A DNA stretch of 63,920 nt, filler included, from Octopus bimaculoides (taxonomy: Eukaryota), in NCBI RefSeq assembly GCF_001194135.2. It is 6 parts of 6 records of this genome, joined end to end, with 100 filler letters (N's around TTAATTAATTAA, not from the genome) between each part and the next. Parts side by side here need not be neighbours in the genome. Positions count along the whole stretch, not along the records: positions 23,763 to 46,625 come from NC_068998.1; positions 46,726 to 50,602 come from NC_068985.1; positions 50,703 to 57,007 come from NC_068995.1; 3 more parts are not named here. One strand, written 5' to 3'. The notes beneath the pieces were generated by a model. It made no database searches. It was not told the DNA's origin and was given only the letters and a program-made list of their open reading frames with translations. Made by a program: the position numbers and the translations under genes. Positions 37,385 through 51,814 of this stretch are shown here, one piece after another (the stretch's first letter is position 1; each line of letters starts with the position of its first letter).

Positions 37385-38420
37385 ATGCACATATACACAT
37401 ATACGGATACACACACACACACAACCACATCCACACATCCACGCAATTACACACAAAGACTTTTCCACTCACACACGACCATTTATATAACCACATGCGC
37501 AACCAGATGCACAAGTACAAACAACAATCACACACACACAGACACACACACACAACTATATACCCACACGCAAACACACACACACACACACACCCACATA
37601 GACGCACCCACTCACACACAGACCCCACACATAGACATACACATACACACACAACTACACGCATACGCACATAACCACGTGCACAGCCACAAACAACAAT
37701 TCTCACACACACAACCAAAACCGTGTACAACCCCATACACACACACACACATCCACACACACACACACACGTACAAACACACATACACACACACATACAC
37801 ACACAGCCATTAACAAACGCGTGTCGCTGCTCTGTTTCTTCGTGGTTCATCCAGCCTGCTAGAAATAACAGCTAATTTTCTCCCAGTCACACTATCCTCT
37901 GAAATAATGTGCAATTCTAATTATCGCGAAGGTCATGGCAGGAATGCCCTTGATGATACAGATCCCATTCAGCACCCATTCAGTGTTCACTTGGGGTTGC
38001 ATGAAATGCAAACAAATACACAAACATTCACAGGTACACACAAGCCCGCGCGCACACATACACAGGCACAAACACACATATACACATGTACACACACATA
38101 CACATACATATGCACACGTGCAAACGCACACATACACACACACACAATCACAGCTACACACACACTCACTGGTACACACACGCGCATCTCCACACACACG
38201 CGCATCTCCACACACACGCACGCGTAGGCACACACACACACACACACTCACACGTACATATACTCGCGCGCACACATACATATACACACATAGACACACG
38301 TACATAACGCTTACACACACATACATACACACGCACTCACAGGTACATACACACACACACATACACGTACACACACACGCACGCACACAGCTTCACACAG
38401 TCTCTCACACATGCACGGAC
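37385..38420 (+). repeat. Degenerate (CA)n-derived low-complexity region
   Basis: Seen directly; source of the His/Thr and Cys/Val pseudo-ORFs. Confidence 0.85.
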
Positions 38421-38597
38421 GTAATCATATACACGTTTGCGTCTCTCACCTTCTCTGTTTCTATATCTTTATCTCCGTTATTCTGTTATTCTGTTATTCT
38501 TTAATTCTGTTATTCACTCTCTCAAAGTCCGTTTTAGAATTTCTTTCCGTAGCCGCACGTTTCATCCTGCATAGCGGACACGCTCGTCAAAAAACAG

Positions 38598-38639
<42 letters not shown>

Positions 38640-38774
38640 CGCGCGCGCGCACTCCCGCGCATCCTCTTTCTCTCTCTCTCTCTCTCTCTCTCACATACAC
38701 ACACACGCAAACACAAACACAAGAACAATAATTTCTCTGTCTCCCATCTACTTTACGACATATACATGTATACG

Positions 38775-38832
<58 letters not shown>

Positions 38833-39392
38833 GGAGAGAGAAGAAACATACAGCTAGGCATTACATATATAAATGTGTTTGTGTGTGTGTTTGTTTGTAC
38901 ATAGATTATATATATGTATACATATATGTATATGTATATATATGTATGTGTGTGTGTATATATGTACATACATATATATAAAGATACACATAAACATATA
39001 TATATATATATATATTCATATATGTGTATATATATATATGTATGCACACACATATTTTATGTATACATTCACATACCTTCACATACGTGCGCATATGTAT
39101 ACATACATACATCCATATATACACTCATAACTGAATGTATACATACGTCGATCGCGGGAGACGAGGTTGCTGACCCAGTTGTGTATTCTATAGCTTTACT
39201 AATTGTTTATACATACATACATACATACATACATACATGCATACATGTATGTATGTGTGCATCTATGTATGTATCTATGTATGTTAATATATATATGTGT
39301 GTGTGTATCTATGTATGTATGTTCATATATATATATATATATCTACATACATTCATACACACACAGATACAAACACATACATATGCATATAT

Positions 39393-39890
39393 AGGGGTTT
39401 GACAACATATTAGAAGCACCTAGTTAAATGGAAGTGCTATCGTTTAATACGGAATTGGTGCCTGTTTGGCATCAATCATAACTCTAATATGTTGTGGACT
39501 GCACTTACACATGTACTAATTGGTTGTTAGTGGAATTGCCAACAATTCTTTCAATTAAAATCTGCATTAGTTCTTTCGGAAACGTTTACAGGTGGAAGCG
39601 TTCCCTCAATTGCTGTCTCAGAATGCACCGTAAGTGTTCGGCCGCTCTCTGACAGGTTTACAGTCGAGCCTATAACAGTGGCGGCGTCCGGCGTTGTCTA
39701 CCACCGGACCATATCTCTGCTTACCGTTTTCGGGACGGTGATGACTCACCTGCATTGGCATGAAGATGGCTATCCGCAAGTGCGAGCTCCGTGAGTCAGA
39801 CAGGATGTTCCAGTGCATCTTCTTCGCCTTTCTCCAGGGCAACAACTTTTTCCATTTTATCTCCTGACATCATGAGGCAGTTTGAATTAC
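39393..39890. mobile_element. Possible Tc1-like DNA transposon remnant
   Basis: TIR-like start TA-GGGGTTTGACAACATATTAGAAGCACC next to a GC-rich, coding-like segment. No motif could be confirmed. Confidence 0.3.
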
Positions 39891-40101
39891 TGGAAATCGA
39901 GAGAATGTAAGAATGTAAGAATGTAAGAATCAACTTATACAATCCTTCCGAAAACTAAATGTGACTCTATTCTGATCTGGTGGTTGTGGGAGACATCTAA
40001 GGGGACTTTTATCATCAAACTTTTACTTGTTTGAGTCATTTGACTGCGGCTCATTTTGTTCACGTTTTTTTTTTGTTTTGACGTCCTGTACCCATATATG
40101 C

Positions 40102-40132
<31 letters not shown>

Positions 40133-41001
40133 NNNNNNNNNNNNNNNNNNNNNNNNNNNNNNNNNNNNNNNNNNNNNNNNNNNNNNNNNNNNNNNNNNNN
40201 NNNNNNNNNNNNNNNNNNNNNNNNNNNNNNNNNNNNNNNNNNNNNNNNNNNNNNNNNNNNNNNNNNNNNNNNNNNNNNNNNNNNNNNNNNNNNNNNNNNN
40301 NNNNNNNNNNNNNNNNNNNNNNNNNNNNNNNNNNNNNNNNNNNNNNNNNNNNNNNNNNNNNNNNNNNNNNNNNNNNNNNNNNNNNNNNNNNNNNNNNNNN
40401 NNNNNNNNNNNNNNNNNNNNNNNNNNNNNNNNNNNNNNNNNNNNNNNNNNNNNNNNNNNNNNNNNNNNNNNNNNNNNNNNNNNNNNNNNNNNNNNNNNNN
40501 NNNNNNNNNNNNNNNNNNNNNNNNNNNNNNNNNNNNNNNNNNNNNNNNNNNNNNNNNNNNNNNNNNNNNNNNNNNNNNNNNNNNNNNNNNNNNNNNNNNN
40601 NNNNNNNNNNNNNNNNNNNNNNNNNNNNNNNNNNNNNNNNNNNNNNNNNNNNNNNNNNNNNNNNNNNNNNNNNNNNNNNNNNNNNNNNNNNNNNNNNNNN
40701 NNNNNNNNNNNNNNNNNNNNNNNNNNNNNNNNNNNNNNNNNNNNNNNNNNNNNNNNNNNNNNNNNNNNNNNNNNNNNNNNNNNNNNNNNNNNNNNNNNNN
40801 NNNNNNNNNNNNNNNNNNNNNNNNNNNNNNNNNNNNNNNNNNNNNNCTAGGCTTACAAGGAATCATTCCTGGGGTCGATTTGCTCGACTAAAGGTGGTGC
40901 TCCAGCATGACCGCAGTCAAATGACTGAAAGAAGTAAAAGAGTAAAAAGAGTACAGATACATACATACATAAATACATACATACATACATAATACATACA
41001 T

Positions 41002-41084
<83 letters not shown>

Positions 41085-41329
41085 CGGTAGGCTTTCAATA
41101 TATATGTACCAAATCTGCTTACAAGACTTTGGTTACTACGGTACTATATTAGAAGACACTCGTTCAAGATGTCACGCAGTGGAACTGAACTCGAAACTTT
41201 ATATCTGGAAAGCAGACTTCTTACCTCAAAGCCACGCCTAGTATGGAAACACACACACATATACACGCACATACACAGACACAGAGACACATATCGACTC
41301 CTGATAACCCGTAACGGAACGTATCTAAG

Positions 41330-41760
41330 ATTGATAATAAAAGTAAGAGCCTTGAAATACATGCTTTCCAACTGTTCAATGGTGTTGGATATATATGCCA
41401 GGAGACAAAATTCAACCCTCCTCAATGCTCTAAGAACAAAATTGCTCTAATCAACAGTGGCAAGGAACCACAAATGAAACCGGACAGAGATTTCGATACC
41501 TTCGTACGTCCAGTACAGCAGATCCATATGAAAAAGAAACTTGATGTGAACAATGAAAGTGAGAATGGCTATTGGGAGCTGACTACAGATTTACTGGGGT
41601 GCCAGGATTCTTCTTTGTTCTGGTTACGAAGGAAACAAATAGTATCATGCGATGTAAGGAAAAGAATTTTGTGAATCTGGTCGAGTTAACCGTTCCACAT
41701 GAAAATTAATTGGACGCCGCTCGGACGCGAAACATAATCCAATCGATTTTGGATGTAGAG
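41330..41760 (+). pseudogene. Decayed RLE-type non-LTR retrotransposon fragment (zinc-knuckle flank plus restriction-like endonuclease)
   Basis: MLSNCSMVLDIYARRQNSTL resembles HILSNC...RYTWRHNxVL, and LVELTVPHEN resembles the 'vELTVPwE' RLE motif. Many stops. Confidence 0.6.
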
Positions 41761-42249
41761 GATTGTTTGAAAACATTATGAGGTGATTGTTGTTTTCACT
41801 TGTCCTAACTCAACCTAAAGTAAATACCATTATGGGTCGTAACCAGGCTACAATTGAGAATGCAAGCCATTGGATTTTGTTGAAAAGCGACGAAAAGCAA
41901 CGGTCATGAAGACTATTGAGTGAAGCCTAGAAACCAGTTAATCGAGCAATGCCTCGTCTTAGTGGAGGATGGAGGTGCAATAAAGACATCGAGAGGAAGG
42001 TCCCGATATGGCGTGCATTCTCTCTTGGTTGTTCCATAAGCCTGATTGTGTTTGTATGCAGAGTTTTTAACTGGCAACACTTGTAATATACGTGTATGTG
42101 TGCGCGTGTGTGTATTTGTGTATGCGTGTGTGTGTGCCCGCGCGCGCATATAAATATACTCTCAAGCAAGTATGTATACAAGTACACATGTACACATACA
42201 TACACCATATGTACGTACATACATACATACATACATACATACATGCATA

Positions 42250-42560
42250 ATGATTTGGAATAGAGCAGAAAAACTGTACAGTTGTGGAAATCAGCTGCCC
42301 AACGGATGTTAAGTTTAAGCTGAAGACCAGTGAAAAAGAGAATACCTGCGCTGAACCAATGAGGAATTTACAGTTACTCTATCAAGATTACAAGTTCAGG
42401 TTTATACCTGTAATTATTGGGGTTCTGAGATGTGTTGAAAAATTAGGCTTCTCAAAACCAGAAAGGAAAAAGCTGAATCGAAAACTACAGATCCAAGCCA
42501 TCACTGGAACTGTAAAAATCTGTAAAACTTTCCAGAAGTTTATCATTTAAGTATATGTGA
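42250..42560 (+). mobile_element. R4/Dong-like LINE 3' end (RLE C-terminus) flanked by (TACA)n
   Basis: VVEISCPTDV...KEN...LQLLYQDYKFRFIPVIIG...KLQIQAITGTVKICKTFQKFII*. Confidence 0.7.
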
Positions 42561-42814
42561 GCATGTCTAGATATGCAGGTATATGCATAAGAAGACATAC
42601 GTAAAAGCAAAACATGCAAGTCTACACGTATATATGCATACATACATACATACATACATACATACATACATACCCAGTTGTTGAAATTCCAATGAAGGAG
42701 CCTTAGATTTAGGTTAGAAACCGGCTCTATATCTATTGACAAGAAATCTTAAAAGAAAACTAAATAATGACATACATGCAAACATACACACACATACACA
42801 CACACACACACACG

Positions 42815-42846
<32 letters not shown>

Positions 42847-42915
42847 GAAACACGCGCATACATTTATACATATATATACATACATACATACATATAAATA
42901 CACATACACACGCAC

Positions 42916-42975
<60 letters not shown>

Positions 42976-43319
42976 TATATATCTATACATCAATGTACAT
43001 ATAAGTTTGCTATTGTATAACTTAGTTTCACAGTGCGGTGTGATTAATTATATTAACGACTCTACTTTGAATAGAGTTGTAAATTCATAAATGTATTCAA
43101 AATTAATTAATTTTTACTAAATACAAGGCGACAGACACTTTTAATAAATTATACACTAAGTAGATATAAATTATATACTATATTACATGCGAAGTATATA
43201 TAAATATTATAGCAAGTACTTACTAAATTATTGGTTTCTGGCCATTATTGACTTTTTCCAGTCCGCAAATTATATTCTTTTTATCTTTGGTTTTGTTTTA
43301 TTATTATTATTACTATTAA

Positions 43320-43620
43320 GTCGTCTGGTGAAAGAAGCTGAAAGGCGTAAAGACTTTCCTAATCGACTTTTTAAAGTTTTATTTGGAAATAAAATTGAAG
43401 GTTGCAGAAGGAAGTTCTGTCCCCAAGTGAGATTACTGAGAGGTGGGTGAAAGTTGCAACAGAAATGGCAAGGGTGAGTGGTACTGTTGTAAGTATAGCC
43501 CTGTGAGTCGGAGAACAGGAATTGGAAAAGGCATTTACCTTTGGTATTCAGAGAGAACTTTGATGGTGGGGTTCTTTACTTATCCCTAGAAGTCCTCCAG
43601 TATCAGGAGAACCATATTAC
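43320..43620 (+). mobile_element. Tx1-like LINE 3' ORF2 and UTR fragment, decayed
   Basis: KGVKTFLIDFLKFYLEIKLKVAE..(frameshift)..ITERWVKVATEMARVSGTV. Shares 'aaagactttcct' with the 29451-29494 stub. Confidence 0.55.
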
Positions 43621-44329
43621 CATAATTGTTTTTGCTATTCTTTTATTCTTTTACCTATTTTAGTCATATGACTGCAGCCATGATAGAGTATCGCTATGTG
43701 AACTTTCTTTCCTTGTCTAATTGTATACCGTGTATATATCTACAATTTCCTTTATACACATATCTTTTATCTTTCATATTGTATTTGTTTGAGACATCAG
43801 ACTGCGGCCACGCTCGGGCACCTGTTTGGAGAATTTTCAGTCCAATAAATCGACACAAAGACTTATTGCATGCTGTACGAATTCAAAAGTGGTTCTTCAG
43901 TAATGGACGTAGTTAGAAATATTCTTTCAGTTTATGAAATGAAGATTTTCGGTTTCTGGTATAGCAACTATAATTTTGCCAGTTTCGCTTGAGAAATTTT
44001 TCTCTCGCAGATTACCCTCGATCTGAAGGACTAAGTTCAATCTCTACTGAGCTTCTGAAAACCGTAGGTGCAGAAAAATCAAAAGCACGAGGATTTGCAA
44101 AATCATTCAAGTTACACTTTGATTCTAAAAAAAATTTCATTAACTATAAAAAGTGTCTACACATGATCAGTAAGTCCCTTGTTATCTTATTGATTCTCAG
44201 CTTTATTAAATAGTTGTCTTCTCCTTGTCATTGAAAAGTAGATTTACTACCAAATCTTTCCTCGGTAGAATCATTAGAAGTAATGAAAATTGAGTTCTCT
44301 ATAATCATATCCAATGAAAATGGTAACGG

Positions 44330-45120
44330 TTAGCACCCAATAAAAAAGAAGAGAACATCTCTAAAACCAAGACTACACCCAACGAATAGTTGTGCACTGT
44401 CTTTGATACAATATGAAGGGTGTCTTCCATCATGAAGTATTATTGATTTGAAATCCTGGCACACGACCAGCAAATTCGGAGAGGGGATACATCGACTATA
44501 TCGATTCCAATGTTCAACTCGTACATATTTTATCTTTACGAAAGGATAAAAGGTTAAGTCGATCTCAGCGGAATTTGAACTCAGAATGTAATGACAGACG
44601 AAATGTCGCGAGCATTTTGCCCATCGTGCTAACGATTCTGTCAGCTCGCCGTGTTATCATGAAGTATTATTGCAAAACAAAACAGTTAATGCGGATACAT
44701 ATTGTCGTCAATTAGAAGCATTTCATAAAAATGTTTTGCACAGATAAGTGCACATCAATGCTCAGTTTTAAAAGGGTGCTGCCCTTACATGACGTTGTTA
44801 GACCACAAATTGCTCAAGTCGCTCGGACAAAAATTATGGTACTAAATATGGAAGTTGTTACTTTACTCGCCTAACCTTGCTCCATGTGACTATCAAGCCG
44901 TTACATCTTTATTGAGATGGAAAACTGTTTAGTTATTGTGAAGAGATTAAAAATTAAGTTGAAAATTTCTTTGCTTCGAAAGGAGACGAATTTAAAGCAT
45001 GGTATTATGTTATCAATAATGAGGGAGCAGATCTTGATTAAATGTATCGATTATGACCAAAGAAGCATTTGTAGCTTTCCCAGCTTGAAAATGCGACAAT
45101 ACTTTCTTTCCAACCTAATA
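44330..45120 (+). mobile_element. Mariner 3' remnant interrupted by a SINE
   Basis: With the SINE removed it reads MKGVFHHEVLLQNKTVNADTYCRQLE...LHDVVRPQ...YSPNLAPCDY. TIR end ...atactttctttccaacctaata at 45120. Confidence 0.82.
44446..44655 (-). mobile_element. SINE family A with an exact 17-bp TSD
   Basis: ATCATGAAGTATTATTG at 44429-44445 and 44656-44672. Confidence 0.9.
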
Positions 45121-46584
45121 TTTCTATGCCCAGAAGGCTGCTCATTCCATTTCTGGTTGCTTAAGGAAACTGGTTGACGCCAACGTTGAACTATGAAGAT
45201 TTACTTTCATTTTCCTATGTAATAAAGAATGTGAATCAAGTATTACAATAAATTTCCAAAAGGAATATGGATTTTATTACCAACTTTTAATGCCTACTTA
45301 CTTTTCACCCATCCTGTGTATATATATATATAGATACATATACACACATACATGTATCTATCTACATATATATGCACGCGCGTGTGTGTATGTGACTGTG
45401 TGTGAGTGTGTACCACGAAACAGTAGAGCGCGATGAGAACTACCTTCCCAGTGAAACACCGTCCGATCTGCAAGATACATGCATTTAGACATAGGAACAC
45501 GAACCATGCTGCTTATTGACTCGTGCTTCATATGTTGTCTGGTCATTTCTGCTGATGATAGTCCGACCTTGTAAGATATATAATTTTTATCTTANNNNNN
45601 NNNNNNNNNNNNNNNNNNNNNNNNNNNNNNNNNNNNNNNNNNNNNNNNNNNNNNNNNNNNNNNNNNNNNNNNNNNNNNNNNNNNNNNNNNNNNNNNNNNN
45701 NNNNNNNNNNNNNNNNNNNNNNNNNNNNNNNNNNNNNNNNNNNNNNNNNNNNNNNNNNNNNNNNNNNNNNNNNNNNNNNNNNNNNNNNNNNNNNNNNNNN
45801 NNNNNNNNNNNNNNNNNNNNNNNNNNNNNNNNNNNNNNNNNNNNNNNNNNNNNNNNNNNNNNNNNNNNNNNNNNNNNNNNNNNNNNNNNNNNNNNNNNNN
45901 NNNNNNNNNNNNNNNNNNNNNNNNNNNNNNNNNNNNNNNNNNNNNNNNNNNNNNNNNNNNNNNNNNNNNNNNNNNNNNNNNNNNNNNNNNNNNNNNNNNN
46001 NNNNNNNNNNNNNNNNATATATATATGCATATACACATACATACACATAGTCAAGCTTAAATTTATTTTATACAACAGTAACATCAAAGCATGGTTATGC
46101 GTATAAAAATTACATACATAATATATACAGTGAATAATGTAACAGGGCCGATACTTGTTTGTGTTTCTAGGATCATTGTGAATACAGAATTCGAAATTCT
46201 GTTTGCCATCAACAAGAATAGAACGCATGTCAGGAACAAGCATTTCAATGCTTGCAGGAGATAATTCATATATAATTTTTGCGGAAATAGTTAATATTTT
46301 AAAATTTGTGCTATGCAATAGAAGAACCTTTATTGTAAAATATGCAATTAATATAGCATATAGAGTTGAATATGTATATGGTATATAGTTGAAAAAATTG
46401 TGGTATATAGTTGGAAATAGTTTAAAGTTGCGGTTTTCAAAAACATACATACGGTATGCATGTTGTAGGCATAAAGCATGCTTTTTTTTTGTTTTAAACC
46501 ACTTTTTTTCCTGTTGTTGTAGGCGTTAATATTCTTAATATTGATGTACACGTGAGTATATATGTGTGTTCCTGTGCATACGTC

Positions 46585-46625
<41 letters not shown>

Positions 46626-46909
46626 NNNNNNNNNNNNNNNNNNNNNNNNNNNNNNNNNNNNNNNNNNNNTTAATTAATTAANNNNNNNNNNNNNNNNNNN
46701 NNNNNNNNNNNNNNNNNNNNNNNNNCAAGCGTAGGTGGCTATGCGGGTAGGTATATATGTATATAATACGTATGTATGTAATATGATACACACATATATA
46801 AAAGTAATTGTTCTGCCAAATGTATAACTAAATGTGTGTTATAGTATATGTTATATAATATTTTTATGCACAGTTGCACACATATATGCAGGCTTGCAGA
46901 AACACAAAT

Positions 46910-46965
<56 letters not shown>

Positions 46966-47564
46966 GCACAATAGCATTTGCATATTTTAAATGCATGTAT
47001 TTATACGTTATCAGCTTAAGTGTAGTACCTCGCAAGGTCGTTCGCCTGAAATTTGCTCATAGTATTTTGCTAAGATCACCCCTGATAGTGATGACCTATG
47101 GCCTAAGGCGCTCCAGTCTGGACCAGTTTGTCTTTTCTATATCCAGGACTACATTTTACAATGTTCGTTTACTTCCACCCTCACAGAATATATTTATATA
47201 TGCACGTATGTGTATACGTATGATTTTATGGTTTAGTTGTCCTATTCGTTGTGGTCGACTATACACTGCGAAAACAGTAGCTTAACCGCCTTTGCTGTGT
47301 CTGGGCTGTTTCCAGGTGCAAGTGTACTTGCCACCTCTCCACTCATGGATGCGCCATAATGAAGAGAGAAGACAATACATTTGCAACATCCAAGGAACTA
47401 CTTGGAATGCCAGATATTGGTTTTCTATGACTGTACTTACCTACCTAAAACTACCTCAGTCCGAACTTTCTGTAGACTTCTGTTAAACGCTTAATTTTTA
47501 TCAAGCGAGGGTGGTGGGACAAACACAGGTACACAAACATATACATACATATATAAATATATAT

Positions 47565-47665
<101 letters not shown>

Positions 47666-47929
47666 GACGGATTTCTTTCAGTTTCCGTCTACCAATAAAA
47701 AAAAAACTATACATCGTACGGGGTTTGGGTTTAGCTTTGGCGATCGTGTAGAACAGTAGACTTCTCAAACTTTTTAACTATTGCTCCTTTTCTTTTATTA
47801 AAACTTTTTAAAAAATCCCGCCATGTTAAGATTCAACAAAATTAAATACTCCACAAAAGATCGTTGTTGACTTAGCTTATTTCATCAATATAAAAGAGAA
47901 TGTTAATACAACGTTGCAATACTTGATTA

Positions 47930-49330
47930 TTGTATTCGGTTGGTTTAAAAGTGGAGGTGAAGGCTATAGAAATGGAGGAGAGAAAGAAATTCTGAAAAGA
48001 TGTTGATATGGAATGAGTGACCTGAGACGAGATGAAATGGAGGTAGGAGTGGAAGTCAGTGCGATTGCAAGAAACAGAGGTGAAGAGATTGGTGTGGTCA
48101 ACAGAGATGAGGTGCCTAGAAAATTAACAGAAGTGACAGAGAGACAGAAGACAGAGAGACAGAAGACAGAGAGACAGAAGACAGAGAGACAGAGGTGACA
48201 GAGAGACAGTGACAGAGAGACAGAAATTAACAGAGGTGACAGACAGACAGGTGAAGGCGATTAAAATGTGGACTTATTATGAGCAAGGGAGGTGGCTTAA
48301 CGGAAACGATGTGTCGTGCCAAAGGATGCGGAACGAAGAGAGTTCACCTCGGAGAGCTACTGAAACTTCTTAAACTCTTCGAAAAGCAAAGCATTCAAAC
48401 GTGTGAAGGTAGGGGCTGGTTACAGGATGCAGGGTCTTGAACTGTCCTGGCTTGGATATTCATTGGAACGGACGCCAGAGGAAGTCGGTGAAATAATCAA
48501 AGAGGCTGAGCTCCGGCAGTATGTAACGGAAGCTTTGTACTCGTCAGGAACCGCTGGTCAGTTGAAAATCGTCGATGGATGGAGTGAATGGAATTTTGGC
48601 GTCGGAGATTGGTAAGCTGTTGGGGGGTAAAGTAACAACAGCGTGTTGGAATGTGAGTGGTGAAGAGCAAACAGGAAGTAGGGTTGGGTTGGGGTCGGTT
48701 TGAAGATTTGGCCGAGTTTACGGGGTCTGGTTGTTGAGGGAAAGCCAAACAGCAGCCGGGTGTGTCAATGGATGAAAATGGTTAGCGAATGAGTGATAGA
48801 GAGTGTGCAGGTCGAAGAGAGGTAAATGATATAGTTTGGAATTCGTGGAGTAGATGGTGACACACTTGCGTAGATTGGGAATGTGGATGATAATGAGATG
48901 GATAGAGTATGCAGAATACCTAGTAAAGTTGAAGTAAAGGCAGAAACCGCGTAGGATGAGCTTGAGGTGTACGCAACGTTAATGAGAGTGTAACTAGATC
49001 AGCGAGTTTTAGTATACGTGATCGTAGAGAAATGCAAAATAGTGAAAGCGGCTAAGATATTGTTAAATGTGATAACAAAAAATCCTGGATAAAGAGTTTG
49101 AAGTTTGGAGTGGTATAATATAAATGTAAGTTCAATCGGATTTGCCTCAGCGTTTAAAGTATTCAAACATTTTTTCAGGAATACAAATAATAATTTTCTG
49201 TAAGGAAGGAACAGAGGAAAGTTTAACCTTTCGGACACTGGTTCTTCATCAACAAACAGTAAAGAGAAAAGGAAGAAATGTTCCAGGAGACACTATTACG
49301 GTATAATTAGTGTAGAAGGAAGAGGAATAA
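47930..49330 (-). pseudogene. Highly decayed APE-endonuclease LINE fragment (CR1/Jockey group)
   Basis: Minus-strand traces 'CVTIYSTNSKLYHL' (YRSPNS-like), 'LLFTTHIPTR' (LDLFLT-like) and 'QDPASC'. Includes a 15-bp tandem repeat (cagagagacagaaga) at ~48138-48190. Confidence 0.45.
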
Positions 49331-49494
49331 TTATCTCTGTATTCATTATTTTTATTTCATTACACAATTTTAGTCCTTCTCTAGCCTTCCCAACCACAAT
49401 CAGAATTCCACATTAGTGTGGCTGCTGCAGTATTGATACCTATTAGCATATTTTCTCATATAGCTTTGTTTCATGTATTATTAATCTAATACGA

Positions 49495-50215
49495 AGGCGC
49501 CGAGCTGGCAGAAACGTTAGCACACCGGGCGAAATACTTAGCGTTATTTCGTCTGTTTTTACGTTCTGAGTTCAAATTCCGTCGAGGTCGACTTTGCCTT
49601 TCATCCTTTCGGGGTCGATAAATTAAGTGTACCAGTTACGCACTGGGGTCGATGTAATCGACTTAATCCCTTTGTCTGTCATTGTTTGTCCCCTCTATGT
49701 TTAGCCCCTTGTGGGCAATAAAGAAATAAGAAACGTTAGCACGCCGGGCGAAATGCTTAGCAGTATTTCGTCTGTCTTTATATTCTGAGTTCATATTCCG
49801 CCGAGGTCGACTTTGCTTTTTATCCTTTCGGGGTCGATGAAATAAGTACCATTTGGACGCCGGGGGTCGACGTAATCGACTTACCCCTCCCCTCAAAAAT
49901 TTCAGGCCTTGTGCCTATAGCAGAAAATAACTTTCACAGAAATTGTTAGCTTTGTGTCAAAATTTGAAATTAATATCAATTCCTAACCGTAAGGCGACGA
50001 GTTGGCAGAGTTGTTAGCAGGCAGGGTGAAATGCTAGTCAGTATTTCGTCAGTCTTCACGTTCTGAGTTCAAATTCCGCCGAGGTTGAATTTGCCTTCTA
50101 TCCTTTCGGGATCGATGAAACAAGTAAACAAGTAAACAGTTGAACACTGGAGTGGATGTAATCGAATTATGCCTCCACAGAAATTTCTGACTTTGTGCCA
50201 AAATTTGAACCCAAT
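49495..50215 (+). mobile_element. Head-to-tail cluster of three family A SINEs (~49495-49735, ~49733-49925, ~49991-50215)
   Basis: Three repeats of head, B-box and central domain, with two different tails. Confidence 0.88.
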
Positions 50216-51102
50216 ATTTTTGGTTTTGCATGCATCTTAGATACCATCACCATCATCATCGTCGTTGTCGATATCATCATCACAACACCACCTTCCCAAC
50301 AGCCATGATCACGAGCACGATCATGACCATCACCCCCCCGCACCATCATCATCATTGTTGTCGATATCATCATCACATCATCGCCACTACACCACCACAC
50401 CACCACGACCACGACCACGATCATGATCACCACCAACCCCACGACCAACACCACACCACCACCGTCCCAACTGCCATGATAACGATCATGATCATGAACA
50501 CCACCAACCCCACCACCACCACCACCACCACCACCACCACCACAACCACCACCAGAACTACCATGATTATGCATGTAACACAAGTGTTCTTTACTGAACT
50601 ATNNNNNNNNNNNNNNNNNNNNNNNNNNNNNNNNNNNNNNNNNNNNTTAATTAATTAANNNNNNNNNNNNNNNNNNNNNNNNNNNNNNNNNNNNNNNNNN
50701 NNAGGATGGTAATAGCGCTTGCGGTGGTGGTGGTGGTGGTGGTGGTGGTGGTGGTGATGGTGGTGATGGTGGTGATGGTGGTGGTGGTGGCAGTGATAGT
50801 GGTGGTGATGGTGGTAGCGGTGTGATGTTAATGAGTGCTAATCAGTTGATTGCAATTTGTCGTGGATGACGTAAGAGGACAATCAAGGAAAGACGGCAGC
50901 TATATCGATGACAGGAGAGAATGACAAATGCATGCATGCATACATACATGCATTCAAACGTACGTACATACATGCATATATAATTAAATTGGTGGGGTTG
51001 GCGGTGAGGATGATGAAAGCGGTGATGTTGATGGTGATGGTGATCATGGTAGTGATAATGATCGTGGTAGTAGTAGTAGTAGTGGTGGTGGTGGTGGTAG
51101 TG

Positions 51103-51156
<54 letters not shown>

Positions 51157-51402
51157 TGAAGAGGAGGAGAAGGCTTTTGAAGACTGATTTCAGCATGTTG
51201 TTTAATCAATGTTTAAAGACATTCCGTTCGTGACCAGTCCATCGTGATAGATATAACTGTATACTACACTATCAACTATTCAGTTCATTATATTTTTTAA
51301 AGTCGTTAGGTTGTGATTTGAATGAATATTTGGCTGCTATGTCCAGCAGATCAAAACAACTACATAGATGCTCCTTCATTTGTTCGTCTTTAAGTTCAAA
51401 TA

Positions 51403-51575
51403 AGGCGGTGAGCTGGCAGAACCGTTAGCACTTCGGGCGAAATGCTTAGCGATATTTCGTCTGTTTTTACGTTCTGAGTTCAAATTCCACTGAAGTCGAT
51501 TTTGTCTTTCATCTTTTCGGGGTCGATAAAATAAGTAGCAGCTGAGCACTGGGGTCGATGAAATCGCCTTATGCC
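51403..51575 (+). mobile_element. SINE family A
   Basis: aaggcggtgagctggcagaaccgttagc...gagttcaaattcc...ggggtcgataaaataag. Confidence 0.88.
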
Positions 51576-51625
51576 ATTCATCGAAACTGCAGAAACCAGT
51601 ATTAATGTAAAGTGTAGAACATAGG

Positions 51626-51812
51626 AGCAGGCGTGGCTGTGTGGTAAGAAGCTTGGTTCCAACCACGTTTCGTTTCGAGATCAGTGCCATGCGTGACATC
51701 TTGGCCAAGTGTCTTTCTTTTGCTATAGCCTCGAGCCCACCAAGGAGGTCTGAGTGAATTTGGTAGACGGAAGCTGAACGAAGTCCGTCGTATGTGTGTC
51801 TGTATGTATGTA
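51626..51812 (+). mobile_element. SINE family B head; the MULE is inserted at its microsatellite
   Basis: gcaggcgtggctgtgtggtaagaagctt...gacggaagctgaacgaagtccgtcg followed by (TATG)n. Confidence 0.85.
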
Positions 51813-51814
51813 TG

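Noticed and set aside
50230-51160. His-rich and Val/Thr-rich ORFs resembling metal-binding proteins
   Set aside because: Imperfect (CAC/CAT)n and (GGT/AGT)n triplet repeats flanking an artificial linker.
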